IMG/VR virus record: IMGVR_UViG_3300049460_000369
Source of the DNA: an uncultured virus (IMG/VR IMGVR_UViG_3300049460_000369)
Taxonomy: Duplodnaviria; Heunggongvirae; Uroviricota; Caudoviricetes
Direction: 5' to 3' (one strand)
Length of the DNA: 20,000 nt
The notes beneath the pieces were generated by a model. It was given only the letters and a program-made list of their open reading frames with translations, searched no databases and was not told where the DNA came from. How positions within the stretch are numbered: the first letter of the stretch is position 1; the number at the start of each line of letters is the position of its first letter. This document shows, piece after piece, positions 1 to 8,138 of this stretch. The translations under genes were made by a program, and so were the position numbers.

Positions 1-145
1 ATGAGACTACTTTGTTAGGCAGTGACGCCCAATGTGGGCAAGTCTCTTTGAATAGCTCGCTCAATTGCTTGATGTTGACATTGGTTTCGCCAATTGCCTT
101 ATAGGACGACAAGCGATTGCCATTCAGATAATCGCTTGCGTTCAA
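1..145 (-). CDS. Hypothetical protein, N-terminal part (runs off the window edge)
   Basis: Open frame from TTG at 145, 1 nt after the topoisomerase stop: MNASDYLNGNRLSSYKAIGETNVNIKQLSELFKETCPHWASLPNKVVS..., with no stop before position 1. Confidence 0.5.
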   Translation of the reverse strand, partial: MNASDYLNGNRLSSYKAIGETNVNIKQLSELFKETCPHWASLPNKVVS

Positions 146-146
146 A

Positions 147-2018
147 TTAGAGGCCGATCCAGGTTTTACGGTCATTTGCTCGTTTTGGATTGAAGATCAG
201 GTCAAGCGTTTCTTTCATCTTACCATCGTCGACGATCGGGAATAATTTAGGATTAGCCAAACTGTGTTCCCAGTCTTCTTTCGTCAGAGTGCCAAGACCT
301 TTCGCACGAGTGATCGACCAGCCCTTGTAGTCTTCTGGTTTGAAGTCATCCACGTTATCCGAATACCAATACTTACGGGTCTTACCCTTCTCAGCAATGA
401 TGAATGGAGTCATGAATACATTGATGACTGGTGGCTTGGTGGGATCAAACAATTCAGGCCAATACTTGTAGAAGAAATTGATCAGCAGAGCGCCAATGTT
501 CAAACCGTCTGGGTCCATGTCGTGTGCAATGAACACTTGGTTATATCGCATGGTGTGACGATTTGCCGTCATGCCAGGGATGATACCAATACTATTCATA
601 ACATCGCGCAAGGCTCCGTCTTCCATTACTTCTTTGGCCAATGCCTCGAAGACGTTCATGACCTTACCTTTCAGACCAAGACCGCCGTGGATTTCAGGAT
701 CACGCACACTTGCCATACCCGAGATAGCACTCAGACCCTCAGCTAGGAACAAGATGCACTTACTACGATCCAAACCGGTTGCATCCATGAGGCCTGGTAC
801 TTTCTCGCGCAGCAGCTTCTTGGCTTCCTTGTTGATATCACTGGCGTCTTTTTTCATAGTGCGCTCAGCACAACGCTCATAGATCTCGTTGATCCAATCA
901 GGATATTTCTTGATCACGTTCTTGAAGAACTCTGGATCGTCCAATGCCTTCTTGATGTACTTACCAGTCTCTTCATTGTTCAATCGAGTCTTACTCTGAC
1001 TGTTAAAGTTTGGTGCGTCCATGGTAGTAATGTTGAAGATCAGAATACCTTCAGAGATATCACTACGATTTGGCGTCAGCTTGCGCTTCTTGGATTCACG
1101 GGTTAGTGCTTCGATCAGGCCGCTAAAGAAGAAACGCTTCAGCGTGTCAATGTGAATACCGCCGTCAAATGCCGGAATACGATTGACCAACGAGTGTTGA
1201 TGTTCACCAGATTCCATGAAGTTTGGCAACAACCAGAAGTTGGAGTCAAACGTTTCTTCCTTGACTTCAATGTGAATTGGCTTCAGACCAGCAAACAAAC
1301 TCTTCTCAACCGATTTTGGCTGAATGCGTTCGCCGTTGTAGTAGACCTTGATCTTAGGGCAGCACAACGCAATCTCATACATGCGCGAATGAATGAACTC
1401 GTCTGGCAATGTCATGTCTTTGAACACTTTCGGGCTCAACTTAAATTCAATCTTGGTGCCATGCTTTGCAGTTGCCTTGGCCTTCACTACTGCGGGCTTG
1501 ATCACCAGTGCATCAGTGCCTTCAACAAATTCTTGTTTGAAGGATTGACCATCGCGCTCTACAAAGATCGTGAAGTATTCAGAACAGAAGTTAACACCTG
1601 AAGCACCGATACCATTAGTACCAGCTACTTGACCACGCTCTTGGAAGTTACGACCAGCACGCGCTTGACTCAATGCCAAGGTGGCCATATAGGTCTGATG
1701 TTCTTCCGAGAACTTAATTGGGATACCGCGCCCGTTATCTTCAACACTGAAGATCATATTAGCCGGGTCATACGTTACATCGATGCGATCACCATAACCG
1801 TGACCCACTACTTCATCCAGTGCATTATCCAAAATTTCGCGGAAGGCCGTAAACACTGCCGGAATCCAGGTCATTTCTTTAGGAGTTGGTTTGCCTTCAG
1901 GATATGTCAGAATAGTCTGGGTATGTGCGTCTCGAGATCCATAGTACATCTCAAGGCGCAAGCGAGTATGGGCCCAGTCTGATAATTTGATAATTTCTTC
2001 GCTTGGTTTTGTTGTCAT
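147..2018 (-). CDS. Type IIA DNA topoisomerase, ATPase + TOPRIM subunit (GyrB/ParE-like; equivalent to fused T4 gp39+gp60)
   Basis: GHKL motifs EILDNALDE, DNGRGIP, GTNGIG, HGTKIEF; transducer FNSQSKTRL; TOPRIM motifs LAEGLSA, LKGKVMN, DMDPDG, KGLGT; 623 aa. Confidence 0.95.
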   Translation of the reverse strand: MTTKPSEEIIKLSDWAHTRLRLEMYYGSRDAHTQTILTYPEGKPTPKEMTWIPAVFTAFREILDNALDEVVGHGYGDRIDVTYDPANMIFSVEDNGRGIPIKFSEEHQTYMATLALSQARAGRNFQERGQVAGTNGIGASGVNFCSEYFTIFVERDGQSFKQEFVEGTDALVIKPAVVKAKATAKHGTKIEFKLSPKVFKDMTLPDEFIHSRMYEIALCCPKIKVYYNGERIQPKSVEKSLFAGLKPIHIEVKEETFDSNFWLLPNFMESGEHQHSLVNRIPAFDGGIHIDTLKRFFFSGLIEALTRESKKRKLTPNRSDISEGILIFNITTMDAPNFNSQSKTRLNNEETGKYIKKALDDPEFFKNVIKKYPDWINEIYERCAERTMKKDASDINKEAKKLLREKVPGLMDATGLDRSKCILFLAEGLSAISGMASVRDPEIHGGLGLKGKVMNVFEALAKEVMEDGALRDVMNSIGIIPGMTANRHTMRYNQVFIAHDMDPDGLNIGALLINFFYKYWPELFDPTKPPVINVFMTPFIIAEKGKTRKYWYSDNVDDFKPEDYKGWSITRAKGLGTLTKEDWEHSLANPKLFPIVDDGKMKETLDLIFNPKRANDRKTWIGL

Positions 2019-2100
2019 TTGTGATACCAGTTAATTGTGAGTGTGAGTATATGGCATATTAGACTTGACGCAAAATATACCACCAGACCATTTATGCAAC

Positions 2101-2108
2101 CATAAATA
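2101..2108 (+). promoter_or_regulatory. T4-late-like promoter box CATAAATA
   Basis: One mismatch to T4 late consensus TATAAATA; lies upstream of SD GGAG (2121) and ATG (2131); the same box recurs at 2712 and 4157. Confidence 0.6.
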
Positions 2109-2130
2109 TCCAAAACTCTTGGAGTCATTT

Positions 2131-2679
2131 ATGACATACACCACCTATAAAGTAACTATCACCCCGTACACGGTTTCTGGGGCCAATCAAGGCGGTTTTC
2201 TGGACAACGTATTGGTACAACAGTATGGCCTCAAGTCAGGTCTGACCTTTGAACAATGTCAAGACAAACGTCGTGCTAATCTACGTTGGGCTGACATCAT
2301 GGAATCGTTGGCATTTGAAGCCAATCCAAACTTCCAGAACATTCAAGCTATTGGGGCCGCCGTTGATACGCCAGCAACTAGCTTCTACTTTGAAGTGATC
2401 TATGCCGCAGCTGGCATGCCCGCAACTTACCGCAACGGCGTACGCATTGAAGGCGCGGAATGTGTGAAGCAATGGATCGCTGAAGCACTTGTGAATGATT
2501 CGAAGGATCAGTGTGAAGTATTCGATCCCACGCTCACAGAAGAGATTGCAGAAAAATTCCACACTGGTGGCGTAGTAGAAGCACACATCGCAGTGGGTCC
2601 ACGCTTTATGATTCTGAATGTGGATCACTTGGCTGATACCATTGCTGCCGCTAAGGCAAACATCGCCGTTACGGTATAA
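2131..2679 (+). CDS. Hypothetical protein (possibly late/virion)
   Basis: ORF with GGAG SD before ATG 2131; preceded by a late-type box; no recognisable motif. Confidence 0.75.
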   Translation: MTYTTYKVTITPYTVSGANQGGFLDNVLVQQYGLKSGLTFEQCQDKRRANLRWADIMESLAFEANPNFQNIQAIGAAVDTPATSFYFEVIYAAAGMPATYRNGVRIEGAECVKQWIAEALVNDSKDQCEVFDPTLTEEIAEKFHTGGVVEAHIAVGPRFMILNVDHLADTIAAAKANIAVTV

Positions 2680-2711
2680 GGTAAGCGCTGAGGTTGTGTG
2701 AGTTTAGAAAC

Positions 2712-2719
2712 CATAAATA
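2712..2719 (+). promoter_or_regulatory. T4-late-like promoter box CATAAATA
   Basis: Intergenic; followed by hairpin ACGGCA-CGAA-TGCCGT (2725-2740) and the gene at 2773. Confidence 0.6.
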
Positions 2720-2772
2720 TGGCTACGGCACGAATGCCGTTATACTAAACTTACAAATATCACCTCAATAAT

Positions 2773-4128
2773 ATGAAAACAATCTCAGCACTTTTTACAC
2801 TCCTAGTAGCACTAACTGTCTCAGCAGTGGCAGCATACTTCTCGGTTGTGGGCTTGGCCGCGTTGTTCGCCGCAACATTCGTCCCCGTTGTTATTATGGG
2901 CACGACTCTCGAAATCGGTAAACTAGTGGCCGTGCAATGGCTGCACATGAACTGGTCCAATCCCAACGTCAATTGGCTACACCGTACCTACAAAACTCTT
3001 GCCATCATCGCACTGATGCTCATCACTAGTATTGGTATCTATGGCTTCCTGTCTAAGGGCCATCTGGAACAAGAAGCACCACTTGAAGGTATTGAACTCC
3101 AGATTGGACAACGTGAGCAGCAAATCAAAGTATTGACTGACTCCAATACAGCACTCCAAACTAAGCTTACTCAGTTGGATAAAAGCATTGACTCGTTCTT
3201 GAGCAAAGACAAAGCATCGCAGGGTCTCAAAGCACGAAACAGCCAGAAAGGCGAACGTGCGACCATCGATAACCAAATCGCCACCAACAACGAACAAATC
3301 AATAAACTGAACTCCGAAATCCTGCCACTCAAAATGCAGTCTAGCGAAGTTCATGCAAAGTTGGGCCCGATCAAATACGTGGCCGAATTGCTGGGTTGGC
3401 AAGACACCAATTCCGCTGTACGTCTAGTCATCTTGATTCTGATGTTTGCGTTCGATCCATTCGCAATCGTTATGCTAATCAGTGCAACGATTACGTTCAA
3501 GGAACTAGGTGAAGAACGCGAAGCTAAACAGGCTCAAGCAAAACAAGAAGCCAAGGAAGCACAAATGGCAGCAGCTCTTATTGCTGATGTTCAAATCCAA
3601 GAAGCTAAACCAGACGAACTCAGGGCGCAATCGATCATACAGACACATACTTTGCCTCAGGTTGAAGAAGAAGTTGTGCCAGACGTCGACCTCGTCAGTG
3701 AGCAGACAACCGTGGAGCCAGTACTCCATATTGAACACGACGATGAGCATCACGAACTAGAAGATGAGCCAGAAGAGTTCGTGGAAGAAGATCACATCAT
3801 TGAAGCACCAATCGCCGAAGCACCAGTTGAAGACCCGCAATTGGCCGAGTATCGTGCTGCATTGGAAAAATTTGTAAGTGAAGCTTACAAACAAGATAAA
3901 TCACCAGCTGTTGATGTAGTGCCGACGCCTACCGAGAAGCAACAGTTGATCGAATTGTTGGAGAAGCAACCAGGTTTGTTGGAAGTAATGATCGACGTTA
4001 TTAGCACCTATAAACAACCAGAAGCAGCAATTGAAACCCCTGAACTGACAAACGAAGAACCTCTCGATACCGAAACACCGTCGACATTGGATCCAACACC
4101 AACAAAGCCTCGTAACGGATGGCTGTAA
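2773..4128 (+). CDS. Multi-pass membrane protein with coiled-coil and long acidic C-terminal tail
   Basis: Several N-terminal hydrophobic segments, heptad-like Q/E/K/L region (about aa 100-190), another hydrophobic segment (LVILILMFAFDPFAIVMLISA), then an E/D/P-rich tail. Confidence 0.8.
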   Translation: MKTISALFTLLVALTVSAVAAYFSVVGLAALFAATFVPVVIMGTTLEIGKLVAVQWLHMNWSNPNVNWLHRTYKTLAIIALMLITSIGIYGFLSKGHLEQEAPLEGIELQIGQREQQIKVLTDSNTALQTKLTQLDKSIDSFLSKDKASQGLKARNSQKGERATIDNQIATNNEQINKLNSEILPLKMQSSEVHAKLGPIKYVAELLGWQDTNSAVRLVILILMFAFDPFAIVMLISATITFKELGEEREAKQAQAKQEAKEAQMAAALIADVQIQEAKPDELRAQSIIQTHTLPQVEEEVVPDVDLVSEQTTVEPVLHIEHDDEHHELEDEPEEFVEEDHIIEAPIAEAPVEDPQLAEYRAALEKFVSEAYKQDKSPAVDVVPTPTEKQQLIELLEKQPGLLEVMIDVISTYKQPEAAIETPELTNEEPLDTETPSTLDPTPTKPRNGWL

Positions 4129-4156
4129 TTGCAGTATTTAAACGAAAAGTCCGGTT

Positions 4157-4164
4157 CATAAATA
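4157..4164 (+). promoter_or_regulatory. T4-late-like promoter box CATAAATA inside an inverted repeat
   Basis: Box flanked by AGTCCGGT (4148-4155) and ACCGGACT (4171-4178); upstream of the clpX SD AAGGA (4181). Confidence 0.55.
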
Positions 4165-4192
4165 TTTGACACCGGACTATAAGGAAATTCTA

Positions 4193-5464
4193 ATGTCAGA
4201 AGCCGATAAAAATCTTCACTGCTCTTTCTGCTCTAAAAATGCGCAGGAAGTGAAAAAATTGATCGCTGGACCAAGTGTATACATTTGCGACGAATGTGTT
4301 AGCCTGTGCCACGATATCTTGTCCGTTGATCCATCAACAGGTCAAGTTACAACCTCCGAGACCATGGCCTCTGACGCCCATGGTTTGCCTAGCCCTAGTA
4401 AAATCAAAGAGTTCATGGACCAATACATCATTGGTCAAGACTACGCCAAAATGGTAGTCAGCGTGGCAGTGCATAATCACTACCTCCGACTCAACCATGC
4501 AGCTGACTCTGATGTGGAAATTGACAAGAGTAATATCTTGATCTTCGGCCCATCAGGTTCAGGTAAGACTTTGATCGCACAAACAATCGCCAAATATCTG
4601 GATGTTCCCTTTGCAATCGTAGACGCAACCTCATTGACCGAAGCTGGTTATGTGGGCGACGACGTTGAAAGTATCCTGACCAAGCTCCTCACAAGTGCAG
4701 GTGGCGATGTACAAAAAGCCGAACGCGGTATCATCTACTTGGATGAGATCGACAAGAAGCATAAGAAAGAAGGCGGTGGCAATAAAGACGTATCAGGTGA
4801 AGGCGTTCAGCAATCATTGCTGAAGATCATCGAAGGATCTGAAGTCTTGATCCCAGCTTCTGGTAACAAGAAAAATCCAAATGCCGAACTCGTTAAGATC
4901 AACACCAAGAATATTCTGTTCATGGTCGGTGGTGCTTTCGTGGGCCTTGACAAAGTAGTGGAGAAATCCATGAACAAAAACAAAGGCATTGGCTTTGGCT
5001 CGACCATAGCAAAAGAACGAGAAATCAATGACATCCTGCGTCATACACTGCCAGAACACTTGGTACAGTTTGGTATCATCCCAGAACTGATCGGTCGTCT
5101 TCCAATCAGTGCCCCCTTGGAAGAACTTACTACCACTCAATTGGTTAAAGTATTGACAGAACCCAAGAATGCAGTTATAAAACAGTTCATAAAGATCTTC
5201 CGTTATTCTGATATTGAACTTGAATTCTCCCCTGAAGCACTCGAAGCAATTGCAAGCACTGCGAAAACTCGCAAAACTGGTGCTCGCGGTCTCCGTAGCG
5301 TCATCGAAGCAAAACTTATCAAGACGCAATATCACTTACAAGAACTTAAAGACTCAGGTGTCACTAAGGTGGTGATGACTCGTGAGTCAATCATGGAAGA
5401 CGCTGAGCCAGTTGTTTACCGTGAAGTAAAAGTTGAACCACCACAATCAAACGAAAACCCTTAA
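4193..5464 (+). CDS. clpX: ATP-dependent Clp protease ATP-binding subunit ClpX
   Basis: C4 zinc finger CSFC...LIAGPSVYICDEC, Walker A GPSGSGKT, pore-1 AGYVG, Walker B YLDEIDK, DVSGEGVQQ, IGF loop, sensor-2 GARGLR; ATG 4193 has SD AAGGA. Confidence 0.97.
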   Translation: MSEADKNLHCSFCSKNAQEVKKLIAGPSVYICDECVSLCHDILSVDPSTGQVTTSETMASDAHGLPSPSKIKEFMDQYIIGQDYAKMVVSVAVHNHYLRLNHAADSDVEIDKSNILIFGPSGSGKTLIAQTIAKYLDVPFAIVDATSLTEAGYVGDDVESILTKLLTSAGGDVQKAERGIIYLDEIDKKHKKEGGGNKDVSGEGVQQSLLKIIEGSEVLIPASGNKKNPNAELVKINTKNILFMVGGAFVGLDKVVEKSMNKNKGIGFGSTIAKEREINDILRHTLPEHLVQFGIIPELIGRLPISAPLEELTTTQLVKVLTEPKNAVIKQFIKIFRYSDIELEFSPEALEAIASTAKTRKTGARGLRSVIEAKLIKTQYHLQELKDSGVTKVVMTRESIMEDAEPVVYREVKVEPPQSNENP

Positions 5465-5474
5465 GAGGAAGTAA

Positions 5475-6005
5475 TTGCAAAAAACTTTAGAGATTAACGA
5501 TCGTATCAAAGCAACACAGGTACGTTTCATTGATGAAAACGGCGTGCAAAAAGGCATCATCAGTTTGCGTGAAGCACTGTATCACGCAAATGCCGCAAAT
5601 CTGGATCTGGTTAAGATCGCGGAATCCAACCCACCAGTTTGCAAAGTGCTCGATGCTGGCAAATACCAGTATGAACAACAAAAGCTGCAAAAGCTGCAAG
5701 CCAAAAAACAACGTGAAGCAATCGTTGAATTGAAAGAAGTACAATTGCGTCCTGCTATTGATACCCATGACCTGGAGATCAAAGCACGTAAGGCTCGAGG
5801 CTTCTTGGACGACGGCAACAAAGTGAAAGTTGTTGTCCGACTCCATGGCCGCGAACGCTCAATGAAACACAAAGGCCACGAAGTCATCAACACGTTCATT
5901 ACCGCAATGGGCGAATGCAAGAAAGATGGCAACGTGACAGAGAACGGTAACCAGATTACCGTGATCCTAACAGCCAATACCCCCAAAGCAGTAAAGCCTG
6001 CTTGA
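5475..6005 (+). CDS. infC: Translation initiation factor IF-3
   Basis: INDRI..QVRFIDENG, LDLVKI...PPVCKVLD.GKYQYE, LKEVQLRPAIDTHD, GNKVKV..RLHGRE; TTG start with SD GAGG at 5465-5468 and an in-frame TAA immediately upstream. Confidence 0.95.
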   Translation: MQKTLEINDRIKATQVRFIDENGVQKGIISLREALYHANAANLDLVKIAESNPPVCKVLDAGKYQYEQQKLQKLQAKKQREAIVELKEVQLRPAIDTHDLEIKARKARGFLDDGNKVKVVVRLHGRERSMKHKGHEVINTFITAMGECKKDGNVTENGNQITVILTANTPKAVKPA

Positions 6006-6008
6006 TCA

Positions 6009-6035
6009 AATGGGCCCTAGTGGCCCATTCCTTTT
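6009..6035 (+). terminator. Intrinsic terminator after infC
   Basis: AATGGGCC-CTAGT-GGCCCATT stem-loop followed by CCTTTT. Confidence 0.7.
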
Positions 6036-6102
6036 ACCACCTTCCAACTACCTAGCATCCAAACCGTGTATAGTGGCACCATTACCATCTATATAGACTA
6101 TC

Positions 6103-6501
6103 ATGATCCTGCTACCAATTGAAAGCGTCGCACCATTCATCAACGACTACTACATGAAATATAGCGATGGCGAACTTCTGGGGTTCATGCCATGCAGTAC
6201 AGTTGAGAACAACTACGCGAAATATTTCAGCGTCGAAACCACCAAGGGATCACGCGTCGTGCCAGTCTTCTACATGAAGTCATTCGTGTTTGACTCAGAT
6301 AAAAGCGATGATGACCGGGGCCCAGCACTTTTCTTCAAAGGGTGTGACGACGGGCATATGGGTCTCCACTTCAAAGATCGCGATGAGGCACTCAAGTGGA
6401 TCGACGAACAGCCAATCACCGACTTCGAATTCCTGGTACAAATCGATACCATGAACTATCGCGCAGGTCAACGTAGCATCCCATTTTGCTACCATAACTG
6501 A
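6103..6501 (+). CDS. Hypothetical protein
   Basis: 132-aa ORF filling the gap; no recognised motif. Confidence 0.75.
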   Translation: MILLPIESVAPFINDYYMKYSDGELLGFMPCSTVENNYAKYFSVETTKGSRVVPVFYMKSFVFDSDKSDDDRGPALFFKGCDDGHMGLHFKDRDEALKWIDEQPITDFEFLVQIDTMNYRAGQRSIPFCYHN

Positions 6502-6508
6502 CACACGC

Positions 6509-6537
6509 TTGACTAAGTGAACAAATGAATATATCCT
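6509..6537 (+). promoter_or_regulatory. Sigma70-like promoter with CAAATGAA spacer element
   Basis: TTGACT-17 nt-TATCCT; CAAATGAA at 6522-6529. Confidence 0.65.
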
Positions 6538-6559
6538 CATAAGCTTATGAGGAGTTCAA

Positions 6560-7075
6560 ATGATCACTCGAGACCAAATCGTAGAAGCTTTGCTGGATCC
6601 AACCGAACGTGGCACACGAGCAGTAGGACGAGCACTAGTGCTCCTGTATACGAACCGGTTTGGTGGCCAACACGCAAACCCGATGGGCGTCAGTGCAGCA
6701 CAGTATTACCTGAACCACAACACCCTGACTCCAAGGCAATTGGAATTCTGGCGTGCCCCTTTACGTTCAGGTGAACCACATATCTGCCTGCATGCGGATG
6801 AACTACTGGACATCGCAAACGCCAAACTTGCACGCCGCAAAACACTGATCGCCGATAAACATGAACTCGTGCAAGATATCCTGGACAAACGAGACGAACT
6901 ACTGGACCTCGCGCGTGGACTGACGAAATCAAACGAGCCAAGCATTTTCCGCAATTCCGTGAAAGAACTACGTGCTTGGGAACATCGTCACCAAATCGCC
7001 CCAGCGGCCCTACCAGTAAGTCACGAAATTGAACAAGACATCTGGGATGAACTTATGACAACTATGAAAGTCTAA
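6560..7075 (+). CDS. Hypothetical protein
   Basis: 171-aa ORF with SD GAGGAG; helical-looking sequence. Confidence 0.8.
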   Translation: MITRDQIVEALLDPTERGTRAVGRALVLLYTNRFGGQHANPMGVSAAQYYLNHNTLTPRQLEFWRAPLRSGEPHICLHADELLDIANAKLARRKTLIADKHELVQDILDKRDELLDLARGLTKSNEPSIFRNSVKELRAWEHRHQIAPAALPVSHEIEQDIWDELMTTMKV

Positions 7076-7076
7076 T

Positions 7077-7361
7077 ATGAACCTTATCGTGAACGGCATC
7101 AACCTGACCGCCACCCAATTCACCGGTGATAACATCAAGGAGGTGGTACCATGCACATTCTCCTGGGGCAAACTGATACCCATGCCCGAAGCGTTCAATA
7201 GCAATAAACTTGGTATCAAGGTCAAAAACGGCCTGGAGCGCAGCACCGAATCCGCCTACATGGAAATCCAAAAAGGCGACTGGTACCTGAAACACCCCGA
7301 TGGTACCGGTACCATCCTCCCAGATAATTTGTTTCACCTGTTCAAATACATGGCCGAATGA
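7077..7361 (+). CDS. Hypothetical protein
   Basis: 94-aa ORF starting 1 nt after the previous stop; the A.QF.GDN...GDW......G....P...F pattern resembles small phage proteins. Confidence 0.75.
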   Translation: MNLIVNGINLTATQFTGDNIKEVVPCTFSWGKLIPMPEAFNSNKLGIKVKNGLERSTESAYMEIQKGDWYLKHPDGTGTILPDNLFHLFKYMAE

Positions 7362-7362
7362 C

Positions 7363-7391
7363 TTGATTCTTAGACCATACTAACATACCAT
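7363..7391 (+). promoter_or_regulatory. Sigma70-like promoter
   Basis: TTGATT-17 nt-TACCAT. Confidence 0.5.
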
Positions 7392-7441
7392 ACAAATATC
7401 CAGAACGAGAACTCGGAGCAGTCCAACTTCTGGAGATTAAA

Positions 7442-7621
7442 ATGATAGTATACGTGGTATTAGAACAAATTGACCTGGGCGATCACATCGTGAGCATCCA
7501 CGCCAATAAGACAACAGCTGATAAAATAGCTGAAACCAAAAACGCAGAATACCTAAAACTCTACGGAGTATCAGGTAAAACTGAATGGTTCTATGTGGAT
7601 GATCACATAGTTGAACCATAA
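7442..7621 (+). CDS. Small hypothetical protein (59 aa, below the ORF-track cutoff)
   Basis: SD GGAG at 7432-7435; MIVYVVLEQIDLGDHIVSIHANKTTADKIAETKNAEYLKLYGVSGKTEWFYVDDHIVEP; own promoter and terminator. Confidence 0.8.
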   Translation: MIVYVVLEQIDLGDHIVSIHANKTTADKIAETKNAEYLKLYGVSGKTEWFYVDDHIVEP

Positions 7622-7622
7622 T

Positions 7623-7644
7623 GAAAGGGGCACTCGCCCCTTTC
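7623..7644 (+). terminator. Terminator-like hairpin
   Basis: GAAAGGGGC-ACTC-GCCCCTTTC immediately after the stop. Confidence 0.65.
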
Positions 7645-7678
7645 CGTTGTACCAAGTAAACACCCCAATATTCATCTC

Positions 7679-7707
7679 TTGATCTTCTGATCAAATGAAT
7701 GTACCAT
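7679..7707 (+). promoter_or_regulatory. Sigma70-like promoter with CAAATGAA spacer element
   Basis: TTGATC-17 nt-TACCAT; CAAATGAA at 7692-7699. Confidence 0.65.
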
Positions 7708-7730
7708 GTTCTTATTGAATCAAGGAGAAC

Positions 7731-8057
7731 ATGATGTTCCTACTTACGGGTCTTTTTTATCTGGTCGGCTTCCTGGTGCTCTTCGGCGCTTTCATGGTCC
7801 TGATCTGGTGGCTCCGCTGGGTAGTGGTGGTCTCCTACGTGGCAATCCCAGTAATGGGAGTCATCTACGGTCTCTACGCCTTCCTGTTCGCACTGCCGAT
7901 CAATATCATGTTCGACGGTTCACCCTTCGAAAAACGTGTGGTGGTGTTCAGCCACGCTTTCTCCGGACTACTCTGGGATATCTTCTGCTTCGCCTGCCTG
8001 GCACCATTCAAAGCTATCGGCCTGATAATCGATATCCTGAACTGGTGTGTGAAATGA
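7731..8057 (+). CDS. Small integral membrane protein
   Basis: SD AAGGAG; 108 aa, almost entirely hydrophobic with 2-3 TM-like segments. Confidence 0.8.
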   Translation: MMFLLTGLFYLVGFLVLFGAFMVLIWWLRWVVVVSYVAIPVMGVIYGLYAFLFALPINIMFDGSPFEKRVVVFSHAFSGLLWDIFCFACLAPFKAIGLIIDILNWCVK

Positions 8058-8138
8058 ACTTGTAACAATGTAAAAACGAGCAACACAGTTCACTAAGCTC
8101 GTAGTACAATGATGCTAAACATTTACTACGAGTAACTA

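Noticed and set aside
264..1982. Plus-strand ORFs over the topoisomerase and other long antisense ORFs (e.g. 12942-13541, 15518-16294)
   Set aside because: Shadow frames of well-supported genes, with no SD or protein-like motifs
147..2018. Intein, intron or translational bypass in the topoisomerase gene
   Set aside because: Length and motif spacing fit an uninterrupted subunit
4193..6005. Bacterial chromosomal locus, suggested by clpX and infC
   Set aside because: The usual neighbours (clpP/lon, thrS/rpmI/rplT) are absent; the context is small hypothetical genes, phage-type topoisomerase and T4-late-like boxes
7706..8065. Alternative 119-aa Arg-rich frame overlapping the membrane protein gene
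   Set aside because: SD AAGGAG fits ATG 7731, and the 7706 start lies within the -10 box
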